Source of the DNA: Camelus dromedarius
Lineage: Eukaryota
DNA: 64,000 nucleotides
Assembly: GCF_036321535.1 (NCBI RefSeq)
Contig: NC_087436.1
Coordinates: 12,152,001 to 12,216,000, forward strand
Direction of reading: 5' to 3'
In this document: in pieces, positions 22,601-36,770 of the stretch
Position numbering within the stretch: the stretch's first letter is position 1
How the letters are laid out: each line of letters opens with the position of its first letter
Made by a program: the position numbers and the translations under genes
Notes under the pieces: generated by a model
What the model was told of the DNA's origin: nothing
Databases searched by the model: none
What the model saw: the letters and a program-made list of their open reading frames with translations, nothing else

Positions 22601-25600
22601 TATTCTAACCAAGATCAAGTGTTACCCAAGGAGAAATATTCTTCATTAGAACTTGTTAAAATGGTGTCATCCTTAATATATCTGTGAGACAGTGTAATTT
22701 GTACACCTTTCAGAACTCTGATTTCAAGTTCATGAGGCTATAGGACAAGAAGGAAGACTTGTGTTAATTTAACTGTGATTTAGAAAGGCATTTTTAGTAT
22801 AAGAGAAAGGAGGTAGGTCACGGTAGCCCAGCCTCAGATATATTTGTATACCCGAGCCCATTAGAACAGAAAATCGGTAATTCATCTCTCTATATAAGCA
22901 GGCAGACACAAAGATGCAGATAATTCAAAGGAATGTCTGTCTTGCACATTAAGATGTCAGCACAGTACATAGTCATCTGCATTTGCAATCGGATGTCTCT
23001 TATTCTCTCTAGTTCAGAAGGGTCCTGAGGGACATTGGGCAGCTGATGCTGCAGGAAGTCATTCCAGAACAGAGACTGAGGTGTCCTGTTTCATTGTTGT
23101 ACAGTACCAACGGGTCTTAATCCAGGTATCTGTGAATATCTGTGAGCAGCCTGGGCAAATTCAGTGCACAAATTAATCTCTCAGATTTGTCTAGAGATTA
23201 CCTGGAAAGCAGAGACCTGGTAAACCAGCGCAGTGTTCTCTCCCTCCCCCTCCTCCCTCCCTCCCCTCCCTTCCTCCTGTCTTTTCTCTTTTTGTATATG
23301 AGGAGAAATCAGGAAAGCACAGACAACTGAAAATATAGTACCTGAAAAAGGGAGACTGAAGAAATTAGAATTTTGAATGATGAGTAGAGGCTAAAACTAG
23401 TGAGGTATAATGTTTGTCCAGAAGGGCATCTTTATCCTCTTAAAACAGTGTGAACACTGAAAAAAAGACTTTCTACCTTTAATCTTCTCAGTAAACAACT
23501 TCTTTTCTTGGAAAAAAAAACCAAGCATGATTAAAGGTCAGTGACTTGCAAGGTTACATTTGCCTTTAGAGTGGCATATGCAAGCCTGTTTATATAGAAA
23601 CGGGCTTTTGACATCCTGAAGGGATTCTTCTGTCAGCTTTTCTTTATAACCAGGGTCTTAGTGTCCTGGTACACTAACTCTTGGGGTAATTTTCATAATT
23701 TATAATCTCTCAGTAAGATCTCACCTTTTTTTGATTCTCAGTGTTGTGCTTTCTAGCTACATTGGCAGCCTCCTAGGTATGGCAGTTTATAATTTGAGTT
23801 TCAACCCCTTGTCTGCTTTAGTCCATCATAATATTAAATATCCAAACAAATATTTCTTGCTTGGCATCTCTTTAGATTGCCAAACTTCATGTTAAAAGTG
23901 CCCTTCATAGACCTGCTTCTCTTAACCATCTCTTCTGTTTTACTTTTCATTCATCGGATCTTTTTTTTTTTTTTCCTTCTTCTCCTCCTGCCTCTGGTGC
24001 CAACTCAAAAGTGGCCAAAATACAGTTTTTGCAAAAGGGATGGATAAGAATTCCATAGAGTTGAATTCTGTTTATCATTTGCCGATAAGAATTCTCTAAG
24101 GTCCTTGTCCTGAGGTCCCGTGTTGATTTTTTTTTTTTTTGGTCCACAAATGGTGATTATTGATACCAGATAGGATAAAATAGATTCTTTTTTTCTTAAA
24201 TATATCCTCTCAGACTAAGCCAGCTCTAAAACTGCTTTCTGTTTGCTTGTTTTCACAGCTTCCTGAGGTCTTCCCATTTTTTGTCTCTCAAGAGGGTAGT
24301 GTCCTTTGCAAATTCAAAATTTAACTGGCATTCCTTCTCTGAGGTAGTTGGTGTAATAATTCACAGAACCTTTATGGTTTCCATTCAAGTAGGTGGTCTT
24401 TGAGCCTTCTTTTCTCTATTTAGGCTTCCCTAGCCTCCGTGGAACAGTTAAAAGTCTGTAAGAAGAGCCTAGTGAAAGCTTTTTGAGGAAGTTAATATAT
24501 AATTCCAAAACTTTTCTCTTGCCCTCCATGATTGCTCACTTTTCTACAAAAATCTAATATATACCATGCATAGTTTCTTCTACAGAAAATGTATTTTCTC
24601 CCCCCATCATATATGTATAAATCCTATTTTTGTACAACTCAGCAACCTTTCCTAATTTAACATTTAGACTCACTTGCGTGTAGTTACCACCATATTCTTT
24701 GTAAACCTTAAGAATATTAGTCACGTTAATAATCTTTTAGGCCTCTCAGTCAGTGAGTGTACGACTTGACAGGGGTTAACCCTTAAATGTTTCTAGAACT
24801 CAGGTCGATAGTATCAAATGCCATTGATTCACTATCATTATTTATTTTTTCTTTTTAGAATATTATCTATTGTTTCTAATAGTACCTTAGCACCATCTGC
24901 TTCAAATATTTAAAACTAGGACCTTCCCTAAGCTTTTCTAAAAATGCCTGGAAAAGATAGAGGCAAATAATCCATTTAAAATGCATCCTTGCACATCCTG
25001 CTGGGACCATCTGGTGTCTGGGGAGGTGGGGAAAAGGGGGCTGTGCTGCTCCCCCAAACTGTAGGGAAGGCCCCTCACCCCTCCCCCGGCAGCATTTTGA
25101 GCCCACAGCTAAGCCTGGAGTGGACCAGGGCTCAGGTGCCTGGCAAGATTCCTGGGGATGTGAGATTTCCTCTACTAGGGGAATTTTGAGGACTCTTAGA
25201 GTTCTTTCCTATTCCAAGATCTGGAATTAATTGTGGACGTACCCTTCCTAAATGAAGAAGTAAAGAATCTCTCCGCAACCCCGGGTACAGCAGAATGATT
25301 AAACAATATGGCTTTAATGGTTTATTTCCTTTAGTTATCTATTGAAAAATGATACTTGGGGAAGAACATTTAAAAAAAAAGTTATAGCCTCAAAGCTATG
25401 GAATGAGTTATATAGAATGTGTTCTTACTCAAATCAGGGGAACTCCTTGCTTATTTATTTCATTCTTGCCATTGGCAGCCCTGAAAAATGGAATATTGAC
25501 TATTACATTTGGAGACATGGTGGGCTGGCTAATGGAATGCTTGTTTTGTCAGCTCTTTACAAAATGTGTGCGAATCCTGTCAAGCTGTTCTAAAAGAGCT

Positions 25601-28369
25601 CAACTATGTATTTGTATTAAGAATGATCGTAAATTAGGTGTTAATTGAAATTCAGAAAGTGAACCGATGAAATGTTTGCCTTAATCAGCAGTTCTCTGGC
25701 AAGTTACACTTACAGTTTAAATGAAAATATTTGCCATTGACCATATTTAAAAAAAAATTTCATAAATGATAATCGTTCTAAGAAGTTGAAACGATGCATT
25801 AAGTAGAAGTCCTTCCAAATATACTAGTTTTCTCAAACAAAATCTAATTTTAAGTATTCGTATGCTACTAAAGCATTCATCTCAATGTTTAAAAAAGACA
25901 TTTCAACAGTTTTTAACACACTGAATCATTTTACAAATCAGGATCATGACAGAGATGGAGACACAAACCATATATTTACTATCAGCATTTAGTATCTTCT
26001 GTGCTGATGAACTTCCTATTGATGACATTTAGTTTGTGTGATGGGGGAGGAAGAGCTGGAATTCCTTACATTTCTGTATTCCTTACATTTTTCATTTATG
26101 TTAAACTGTCAGGACATGGATTTTGTGCACTGGGGGCACCTCAAATGGTCTCTGGCCTGGTGGCTGATATCAGCATGTTCTGAGCTCTCTTCTTTGGCTA
26201 TGAGTAGGTTTGGAGTATTTATTAAGGTAATTCCAGCCCTTGTGCAGCATTAGAACCACCTTGGCATCAGTTCAGTGGAGCAACTATCCTGAGAGGATGG
26301 CGCTCCCCTCCTCTGCCCTGATCTTTCTGGTCCACATGCCTCCTAGCTGAAGTTTATGGTTTCGTGTTTCATACTCAAATGATTGTGTGATTTAGCACAT
26401 CTCATTGCATGGTCATTAAACCTTTAAGATACCCCAGGGAAGAGTGTCACACATAACTGGAAAAGAGCCAAATGGAGAACGTTCTAGAGAGTGAGTCCTT
26501 GGACCCTGTATACCCCACATATCTAGGAATCGCCTTCATGACTCGTGTCAAAGCAGCGCAGCTCATATTTTTACAGTGAACATTGCACCTGTCTCCTGTC
26601 TTTATCATATCCCTACCAATTAACACTATTGTCACCCCTTTTGGATACATGAGGAAACTGAGACTCAGAAAGGTCCAGTGACTGGGCTGTCATCCCAGCT
26701 GATAAATGGTGAGAACTTGAACCCAGGTTCTGTATTCCGGATTCCTTCCTTTCTTTGAATCCCCTTTGCTGGCTCTCCAGCCAGTACAAATGTATTAAGG
26801 CTCATAATTGAAGGGATGGTATTTGTGCCATGGGCATCCTTCCAGTGTGATTTTCTTCAGTGGGAACACATCTTGCCTTCAACATTCTTGCATTTTACAA
26901 GCTATATACTGTACGGTCAGAGTAAGGCCAATACTTTCAATTGCATGGAATGTGGAGTAGACCCTACTCCCTTTCAAGGGAGTATTGTCCAAGTGTAGAG
27001 TTACAATGAAATACCCCAGTTATCTATAAGACAAATGAAAATGCATACAAGTAATTCCAATAGAGATACATTTGAGTGGTAAGTAGTGCAGGGGAGAAAT
27101 GGCTACATGCTGCCCCAAGTATATAAATTGTGACAGCAGGCTTTCCATGTTGTTTAAGGCAGTAGTTGACTTGGATTTGAGTAGAATTCAGTCATCAGTG
27201 TCTTGTTCTTGGCACAGGCTCTGGCATTTTGTGTGGTACCCATTAAATTGTTTCACACTTTCAATTACTCTCTGAACATTCATTGAATTCCTGCTTAGGA
27301 GCCCATAAAGAGTGCGAAGAACAGCCTTTCAAATGCAGGCTGTTCAGGAAAGTGGTTTACAGTGTACATTATGTATGTAAATGACGTGTGAATGCCTCTG
27401 AGAAAACAAATATGCTGTGAGAAAGAACTTAAATAACTTTATCTTTTTGAGCCCAATTTGTCTAAAAGCCCTCAGGTCAAAAACTGAAAGCATTGAGGGA
27501 TCATAGGATTAACTAAACTTCTTGGATCTCCAGTCTGGGAAGTGGGAAGTCTGGCACATTCAAAGTATGTACTCTGTGTAGTATTTACTATATTACCATC
27601 TCTTTGAAGAAAACATATTACTTTTAGCAAATTATCATGCTTTCTAAGAGGAAGACTTTCTGTTTGTACCTTAACAAATAAGTAAGAACAAAACTGGTAA
27701 AACAGGCTTCCTTTTCTGTCTCCTTTTCCAAACCTAAGCGCAAGGGGAGTTTTCCTTTCATATGTCTTTTTCAGTCCCAGGAGAAGAAGGAGTATATATT
27801 TGGACCTGCCTGGAGTGTGGCCTGCAGGCAGTCACCAGGGGAAGAATAATTAGGATTTGCCATCTGGAATGGGTAACAGAGGTAATGACCTAAAAATCAG
27901 GGGCTTTGTTTTATGTTATGTTTCTATGGGGAAAGAGATTTGTGAATAGTTTGTTGGGGGAACAAGTGACCAAGAGTTAAATACAGAAAGAGGATACTGA
28001 TTATAGGCTACGTCTCCAGGGTGTCCCAGGATTTAAATGTTTATAATAACAGATTTCTAGTGTATGTAAGGGTAGGATGGAGCATCATAAACAAAACTGT
28101 ATACTACGTAAACAAGTGTGCTGTAACACACCCTTCTCCTGCACTGAATGGGACTGGTAGCTTAGCGCTTTAAGACCACTTGTTTTATGTCACCCAGTGA
28201 TGGAATCAGAATTTGAATCCAGAATCCTGGATTCCATGTGTTGCCTTGATGTGTCTCCCTCCCCCTCTTTCTCCTCCTCCTTTTTTTTTTTTTTTTTTTT
28301 TTTTTGGTATGGGTACAATTTTGCAAGTTGGGGATGGCTTTAAAAATTAATTTTTTAAGATTTCAGGGA

Positions 28370-28760
28370 GGCCAGAATAGTGCATCTATTAAAACTTGGG
28401 CTTTGGAGTGACATGGACATAGATTCTAATAATGGCCCTACTGAAGGGAGGGTGTAGCTCAAGCACTAGAGCACATGCTTAACATACAGGAAGTCCTGGG
28501 TTCAATCCCCAGTCCCTCCCCTTAAAGTAAATAGATAATAAACCTAATTACCTCTCCCTCAAAAATAAATAAAATAAATAATGTTTGACTCACCACACAG
28601 TCACTGTGTGTGGCTTTTGGCAAAGATATTTAACTCCTTTACACTTAAGTTTTCTGATCTGTAAAGTGGGGATGATGTCACGATTCTCAAGGCGCTATTA
28701 TAAAAGTCAAATGAATGTAAAGTAAAAAGCACTCTGTCTGAAATGTAGTAAACACTTTAT
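28370..28760 (+). mobile_element. MIR interrupted by a Vic-1-type SINE
   Basis: ggctttggagtgacatggacatagattctaat ... ttggcaaagatatttaactcc...gttttctgatctgtaaagtggggatgat. Confidence 0.7.
28445..28580 (+). mobile_element. Vic-1-type camelid tRNA-derived SINE
   Basis: gggagggtgtagctcaagcactagagcacatgcttaacatacaggaagtcctgggttcaatccccag...aataaacctaattacctctccc plus A-rich tail. Confidence 0.9.
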
Positions 28761-30934
28761 AATTTGTATTCACAGTAGCATAAATACATAGGGATTAGAT
28801 TAAAAAATTGCAACTACTTACTTGTAGGAAGACAATCTTTATAAAACTACTTGTGGGGTAAAATCATTTTTTCTTGACATATATAAAAAAGTGTTCATAT
28901 TGCAAGTCCTCTAAACTTTCAAACTGAGAGTTTATTCCCCCAAGTAGACTTTTTTGTTTGGCAACATATCAGAGATAACCAGTAGAAGCATTTTCTATGT
29001 GTTCTCCTGGCTGTTTGCTCAGGTGCCTAAAACACTCAAAATATATTGACAGTTTTAAATTCACTTCCCTAATGTGTGAATAGAATCTTGGCTATATGGT
29101 CTTTCAGTAATTTCTGGTCCATATTTTATTTGCTATCTGGATTAGTTAGAAGAACTTACATACTCACAATCCTACGTTTACACAGAGCTAAATTTACACA
29201 TGGCTCTAAGCAGCAAATAGTCGTAAATCCATCAAACCTTTATCGAACACTTACTGTGAATAAAGAATGGATTTATCCCTGGGATCGCAAAAGTATGGAA
29301 AATGATACTGTGCCTGACCTGGTGTAGTCTTAACTTTACCATTTGTAGGTAGATCAAAGTTTATGTATAAATAGTTGTTTATGTTATTAATCACAGATTT
29401 GTATGCTAAAGTTATTTCAATTTAGCATTTGAAAGTAAATACTATTGTATACTATGATAATCAAAATATATATTCCTGTAAATTATTCCTGGAATTTTCT
29501 TTACTCATGACATATGAGGAATAAAGCTTGTGGAGAGTGTAACAACTTTAAGTACTTTGTAGACTTCATTACTTGGCAGTGGGCTGGGATAGGATGCAGG
29601 CAGTTACTTGAAGGTCATGTGTATTGATAATCATGCTTTCCATTTATTCTTTCCTCAAGTATCTTGATTTAAAAATTTCAACTTCTTTTTGTTATATTTC
29701 CTCACATTAGCTACCAGAGTACATTTCTGTCCTCCACACAATATCCTTATTCTTAAATACATTTAAAATACATGGTTAACTTTTCCCTGTTTACAAGTCA
29801 GGAGAAGCAAAAACAAATGACATAAAATAGATGAAATGAAAATCTAGTATTTTTACTTACGCTACTCTACTGTGGTTTTGAAAAGCAAATGTAAGTTCTA
29901 TTTCTTTACATAATTCTGTGTGGGTAGTGGTATAGCAATTGGTAAATAAACTGGACTGGTAGTCAAGAAATATAATTTTTCCACTCCTGGCTCTGCTGTT
30001 GTATTTGTGTGTTACCTTGGGGACATCCCTTGATTTTCTTGAACCTCAGTCTTAGAGGCTTAGAAATCTCTAAAGCTGTTCAAGTTCCAAAGCTTTCTGA
30101 ATCCTGGAGTCTCTGATGTCAGAACAAGAGCCCCTCTGAAGTGGCTCTAGGAAGTCTCAGGGCCAATGACCTGCACTGTCCACTGAGAGGAAAGGGAAGA
30201 TTTTATACCTGTTCAGTGGTCAGTCTTGCCAAAGCCTCAGGTTTCTCGTGGTTCCAGCCAAATCATGGCAACCAGCAGGCTGCAGTTACAATCCCTTGAC
30301 TTGACTTTGCCAAAATTGGCTTTGGGAGAAATTATGCATAATTTCCCATCCCTGTTTTCCAACCTCAGTCCATCAGTAAAAATCTGTCAAAACAATGACA
30401 AGTTATGGGGGCATTACATATGTGCTTATCAGAGCATGTTAGTCTCACATCAGCATCAGAATAGAATGTTGTTCAGTCAAGATTTATACGTTGGATGAGC
30501 AGAACATGGCCAGTGGATGGGAAAAATCCAATTCTTTCAAGTTTGAGGTCAACATTCATAATGGAAAGAACAAGAAATTTAGGCAAGGAAACTGCAGGAA
30601 AGTTTTTCTGGCTTAAGTCATTTTATTAAATCCGTGACACATTAAAAGATACATTCTATTAATCATTTATATCTGTCCTTGAAAACATTCTTCCACTTGG
30701 CACAAGTGTGTATTATTAATTATCTTCATAAAATTCAGCTTCACAAACCTCCAATTTACTGAAATGTCTAGTAACAAATGACTTTTTTCATCATAAGTTA
30801 ACTTATTTTATATATCATTTTTTATATGAAGAGTCTCAAATTCTCAACCAAGTCTTTGCCAAAGGAAGTTTTCATTCTTGAGCTTTCATAGCAGTAAAGA
30901 ATGAACTCCAATAGAAATTAATAGCATAAATCTA

Positions 30935-31150
30935 GGTAATGTAGTTTAAAGAGCACTGAATCGTGTGTCAGGAGACCTAGGTGCAAGTCTTGGCTCTTCT
31001 ATATTTAATTACATTATCTTGGTCTACTTACTTAACATTTCTGAACTTAAATTCTCTCATTTGTAACATGGGGGTAGTGATACTTAGTCCATAAAATGTG
31101 TAAGAATTAAATGCAAAAGGTTTTGGTAAACTGATGTACTGTACAGATGC
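30935..31150 (+). mobile_element. MIR
   Basis: tcaggagacctaggtgcaagtcttggctct...tacttaacatttctgaacttaaattctctcatttgtaacatgggg. Confidence 0.7.
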
Positions 31151-31985
31151 AAATTAATACAACCAATATTTTGCACCTGATTATGTTTCAGGAAGGTGTT
31201 TGAGGACACAAATGTATTCCCTTTCTATAAGGATTTCAATATCTGCCTGCAAAAAAGCAACACGTTTCAGTTATCAGTATGAAAGTGCATAAACAAAATA
31301 GTGTGGTAACACAGAAGAAGTAATTCGTTAATTATGTTTGGAATAGAGAAGGCTTCTAAGGGAAAGTGGCATTTGAGGTGGATCTTGAAGTCTTGCAGTT
31401 TTTTTTCCTGGAGAAAATGTGGTGCAAAACTTTAAAGTGAAATAATTAAGATAAAAACTGAAGCTGTGATGACTCATGGACTTTGATAAAAGCACAGGAA
31501 GTGCTAAGTCTAATGTGGGGAGGGCAGAGGGTACGTAAATGTTTGTGCTTTGGCAAGAAATGATTCTGTTAGGTACAATGTAAAGGATCTTTAATGCCTA
31601 GCTAAGAGGTGTGAATTTGATCCCCTTAGAGGTAGGAAGGGGACTTACTAACTTTTAAAGCAGGTCATTGGCTTGATAACAGCCATATTTTTTAAAGATA
31701 AGTGAGGATGTAAAGGATGGTCAGCTGTGGTTGCTGTAGGAAGTAAGGAGCAAGTGGGAGCAGGAAAACTGGTTGGAGTATGAGTGGAGGCAAGTGTTGA
31801 TGAGTGCTTGCATCTGCACTGTGTCAGCAGTTGTAGAAAAGAGGGGCTCTATTTAGGAGACCAGTCAGCAACTGGATGGCCTTGGGGTGGAGGGTGAGAG
31901 ACAGGGAAGAAAAGGAAGCATCCAAGACAGTGTCTCCATGGCTGCCTACTTGAGTGGCATGAGAAACTGATACAGATGAGCCAGG
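31150..31985 (-). mobile_element. L2 fragment
   Basis: Purine-rich antisense L2 motifs (agagaaggcttctaagggaaagtggcatttgaggtggatcttgaag; tttaatgcctagctaagaggtgtgaatttgatcc). Confidence 0.65.
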
Positions 31986-32029
31986 TAAGAAACAGGATAA
32001 AAAACACATGTGAGCGAGAATTAAGCATG

Positions 32030-32930
32030 TGTCGTGAGAATAATTTTTATTATATTGAATCTTCTGATCCATGAACATGGTATATATCTGCATTTTTTAG
32101 GCCTTCTTTAATACTGTTTAACAGATTTTTCATATTTTTATCTGTAAATTTTTTCTGCATGTTTTGATAGATGTATTCATATGTATTTTCTATTTTTATG
32201 ACATTTTGATGTACCATTTACATGAAGCTTTCTCTTTTAAGACATTTTCTGCTGTTGTGTAGAAACGTATTTGATTTTTGCTGTAGTTACTTTTTATCCA
32301 AAATCTTTTCCAACCTCTCATTAATTTTAATAATTTATCTGTATATTCTTCACATAGACAGTCAAATCATCTGCAATAAATGTGTAGTTTTGTTTCTTCA
32401 TTTACAATTCTATCCTTTTAGTTTAATTTAATTTATCTTGCCGCATGTGTTAAGAGTCTTCCAGTGTCGCATAGAAGTGATGACTAAGGGCTAGCTTAGC
32501 TTACGCTGTTCCTAGTTTCAGAGAATACTTTCAAATATTTATCAGTTATACGATTTGGTGTCTTTTAAAAAAATACATACCTTTCATCAGATTAAGGAAT
32601 TCTGCCTTTCCTGAAATGATATGATTATCCTCATTTCATCTTTTAATGTGGTAAATTAGAATAATTGATTTACTAATATTAACCCACTTTGCATTTCTGG
32701 GATGAACCCAGTTTGAGCACAATCTGTAATTCTTTTGACATCCCTGTATCCTGTTTATTGATATTTAGTTTGAAATTTTTGTTTTTTATGTTCAGTAGTT
32801 AAATTAGACTAAAACTTTTCTTCTTTTACTGTTCTTACTGGGTTTTAGTGTCAAGGTCTGTTGGCCTTGTAAACACTCTGGAATAATTTGTGGGAGTTTG
32901 GAGTTATTTGTTCCTCTAATGAATTGTAAA
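32030..32930 (-). mobile_element. Old L1M ORF2 fragment, antisense
   Basis: tatattgaatcttctgatccatgaacatggtatatatctgcattt; aacccactttgcatttctgggatgaacccagtttg. Confidence 0.75.
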
Positions 32931-33169
32931 GATTTCTCTTTGTTTCTGGTGGGTGTCTGGGAATACTAAAAGCTGAGGACAAGTTTAAACTCAATTTTTT
33001 GCTTGAGTTTATTGGACTACAATAGTAATAAAAATTTATAATGCAAAGCTACTTTGGGGATGATTTTTGCTTATGAAATTCCAGAGGATATTAGCTTTTC
33101 TCCCTTCTACTTGGGTTCAAGCTTCCAGAAAATCAGTTTTTGTAAAGTTACCTGGGGTGGTATGAGTAC

Positions 33170-33432
33170 AAGATAAGTATAACTAACACTGCTGTATGTT
33201 ATATATGAAATTTTTTAAGAGAATAATAGAGTTAAGAGAAGTCTCATCACAAGGAAAAATATATCTTTTCCCATTTCTTTACTTTTGTATCAATATGAGA
33301 TGATAGATGTTCCTATTGTGATAAACATTTCACAATGTGTATGAGTGTATGAGTCAAATCATTATGCTGTACACCTTAAACTTGTACAATGCTGTATGTC
33401 AATTGTACGTCAATAAAACTGGATTAAAAGAA
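33170..33432 (+). mobile_element. 5'-truncated L1 3' UTR (same type as 7388-7917)
   Basis: aacactgctgtatgttatatatgaaa...tcaaatcattatgctgtacaccttaaacttgtacaatgctgtatgtcaattg...caataaaactgg. Confidence 0.9.
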
Positions 33433-34121
33433 ATCCTTTAAGTAGATGGCAAATGACAACAGATCTGAATCCACCCAAAAGAACCTACCATGGGAAACAG
33501 TAACTACATTGATAAACAAAGACTTTTTTTTATTGTTTAAATCTCTTTTACTGTTTAAGGCATTCCTTCTGCCCTGTATTACATGTCTGATTCAGAGGAC
33601 TTGGTGTACTAAATTCTCCTATTTATTGTGACTTTCCATACTCCATTTAGTTCTTATCTTCTGGGCCATACCTACCTTGTCACCTTCTCCCCACTATCCT
33701 TCTGTTCGCTGGCACACTCTGCTTGCACCCCCCCCCACCCGGATTAAACACACACACACACCTACTTTTCTAGAGGTGAGAGTTGGTTAAAATTAGCATC
33801 AAACACAACTTTGAAGAAGTCACGGAATAGTTATGAGTGATAAATATTAGAAGTGGTAGGACTGGGGGCTGAAATGAAGAGAGTATCCAAATGTGTTAAA
33901 ACCAATGTTATGATTTCTAATCTGTTTTCTAAAACCAGCTTCAGTTACTTTTATGACTCATACCTCAACCACTCACCAATGAGAGACCCCACAGATATCC
34001 ACCGAGGCAGGTACCCGCATTATATTCCAGGGGAATGACTCTGCTTGGTTTGTTTTTTTTCTAGAGTATTAATACCACAGCTCATTTCTAGCATAGCAGC
34101 AGTTTTCTAAAAATTATAGTT

Positions 34122-34334
34122 CAGGAATCAGAAAACTGCTGATTTGTTTTTGTAAATAAAAGTTTTATTTTAAAATGTTTTATTGGAACACAAGCCGTGC
34201 CTGTTCTTTTACGTGCTGTCTGTGATGGCTTTCACGCTACAATAGCAGAGTTAAGTAGTTGGAGCCACTTGAGTTGCAAGCCTTCTCTCAAGCTAAATTA
34301 TTTACTTTCTTTAAGAAAATGTTTGCTGACCCCT
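34122..34334 (+). mobile_element. MER58A-like hAT DNA transposon
   Basis: ttttgtaaataaaagtttta...ttggaacacaagcc...gctacaatagcagagttaagtagttg...gtttgctgacccct. Confidence 0.8.
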
Positions 34335-34364
34335 ATAGTTAATTAAAATCAGTAACACCAAACA

Positions 34365-34600
34365 CAGCACTTACTTTGCGCCAGGTTATTTTAATACATT
34401 AAGCAAAAATACTAGTTCTAATGAACTTAAAAACCACATGAGGCAGGTACCGTTACAGTACTTATTTAACTGGGGAAACTGAGGCACAGAGAGGTTAAGT
34501 AGTGTGTCCTTAGTCACAGAGCTAAGAAGGAGTAGAGCCAGGATTTGAACAAAAGTGGCTTCATTCCAAAGTCTAGGCTTTTAACAGCTGTCTCAATACT
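34365..34600 (-). mobile_element. MIR
   Basis: ggggaaactgaggcacagagaggttaagtagtgtgtccttagtcacagagctaagaaggagtagagccaggatttgaac. Confidence 0.85.
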
Positions 34601-36109
34601 GCTGCTCCAATTGAAGAAATAAAGGAAATACAGAATTAAAAAAAAAAATCTAGCATGTAGATTACATGGTGAATTGATGGTGGACAGCCAGCCAAGTTAG
34701 GTGAAAGGCAGGCAATTATTTAAATTATACAAAAGAAGATAAGAGATATGTAGTTTAGGATTAATTATTGCAGTTTCTTCAGGCTTATCCAGGAAAGAAT
34801 GATCGTGTGACGAGCCAATTTAAAAAAAAAATTAGTTTTATTCACCTTTAGTAAGTTATTCTTTGAATTAGGCCTCTATCTCAGTATAGCAATTTTACGG
34901 GACGATAAGCTCCTTTTGTCAACTTCTTCATTTTGCTCTATTTTGTCTTTTTTTTTTTTTGGTTCAGTGTCATATCAGTGGAGCTGTTCATCAAGAAACC
35001 AAAATTGTTTCCAAAATTTGGTTTCGTAAGTTTGAGTTTAAAACCTGTTTTATATTTTCTGCATCAGTGTAATACAGAAACTAGTAAGCATTTATTTCAG
35101 TAATTGTTTGCAACTAAAACATGTGAAATGAAACAGGCTCAAGAGATTCGGACAGCTTGTTTATTTTTCTTGAAACTATTTGAGTTTGGCTTTTTAACAC
35201 AATGGTCTCAAAAAAGTTTAAAAATTATAAACTTACAATGTGGTAACTGTTTCTCCTTATGGAGATTATGCTTGTGATCAGAGTTAAGAGTTACGTTTTT
35301 CATTAAAAGACCATCATGCCATTTTTTTGACTCAAGTCACAATGTCCTTTCTCTTTTAAGGTTATGATAGATATTTCTTTCAACACAGAAAGCATGAATT
35401 TTGTTCATCATGAGGTGGTAAAGTGATCCCTGTTTATCACATCCAAACAGCTACATCAGCCACAAACACATGTGCATTTCCTTTTACTGGGTACCTGCGG
35501 AATATGTGAGGAATTACAGAGTGTTTTGTGGAGAATGTCATGTCCTGCAAGAGATTATATTCTGGTGGGGAATAATAGAAAAATAGACAGATGATTGCAA
35601 TAAAAATTGCAGAGATAAGGTCAGTTTCATATAAGACACTATAAACTTGTGGTAAGTTAAATAGCATTAAAATATTGAATACTTGTTCAGGACAATCATG
35701 TAAGTTGATATGAAATACAATAAATCTTTGCAACAAACCATGCTATAGGACTTGAAAAGGAAGAGATACTAATTTACTAGTTCACTTTTGAAGTGCTTTA
35801 CAAAGAGGTGGAAATGGGTTTTAAGTAGAAAGGAAGGATTAGATTATAAAAATACTAATATTTCTATAGCACTTAATTTTTTAAAACCCTTTTATATATC
35901 TAATCTGATTTCACAGCAACCTAATAGAACAAGTAGTATTGCTGTTTTGATTTTTAAAGTGATTTGAAACTTAGAGAGGTTCAGTGGTTTGTGTGTACAC
36001 AGCTGGTTCGTGGTGGAGGTGCTGCTCACACCCAGTTCTTCTAACCCTGAATCCTCTAAGTTTTGTATTTTACCACCCCTTAAACTAGAGAAGAGTGAAA
36101 AGCACAAAA

Positions 36110-36770
36110 GTAGGACCACTATGCCTGGAATTCAGGTAAAGGAGGTTGGAAATTAGGCTGGGAGGCAGAGAGGGTCTAGATTCTGAAGCTCCTTAGATGA
36201 CTGAGAAGAGATTTGAGGAGGGAGTGGGGAAACGGAAGATGAGTGGACCATTCCAATAACACAGGCCATGCATGACTGTGGCACAGACCAGGGTGTCAGT
36301 AATGAGGTTGGAGGGAAGTGTTTAGATAGTGGGTATGTGTTGAAGATAGAGCCATCTGGATATGCTGATGAACAGAATGTGGGGGTTTGAAAGGAAGGGA
36401 GAGTCAAAAGTGACTCCAAAGTTTAAAACTTGAGCAGCTGGAAGGAAAAAGTGATGGGGAACACTGAGAGATGAGCAGGTCACAGTTGAGTTTTAGATAT
36501 GCAGACATGTAGAGTAGAGATGCCAATTCGACATCCAAGTGGTGGTATGGAATAGGCAGTTCCACACGTGAGTGTGGAGTTCAGTGGGAAGTCTAGGCTG
36601 GAGATAGGAATTTGGACGCCATCAGAATGTAGATGGTGTTATAGCGGTGAGACTGGGTGAACTCACTAGTGGAATGATTGTGGATAAAGAAGAGACGAGG
36701 TCTGAGAACTTAGTTCTGGGTGCTCCAGCATTCTGAATTCTTGGAGATAAGGAGGAGCCAGGAGCAGCTT
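36110..36770 (-). mobile_element. L2a/b fragment
   Basis: ggaagggagagtcaaaagtgactccaaagtttaaaacttgagcagctggaagga; gagatgccaattcgacatccaagtgg; gtctaggctggagataggaatttgga. Confidence 0.85.

Noticed and set aside
28445..28520. tRNA-like sequence (also 14892-14965)
   Set aside because: A and B boxes are present, but the cloverleaf is degenerate and a SINE-specific tail follows; these are SINE heads, not tRNA genes.
30328..30345. 18-bp perfect palindrome GAAATTATGCATAATTTC
   Set aside because: An AT-rich palindrome of this length is roughly expected by chance in 64 kb, and nothing else supports it.
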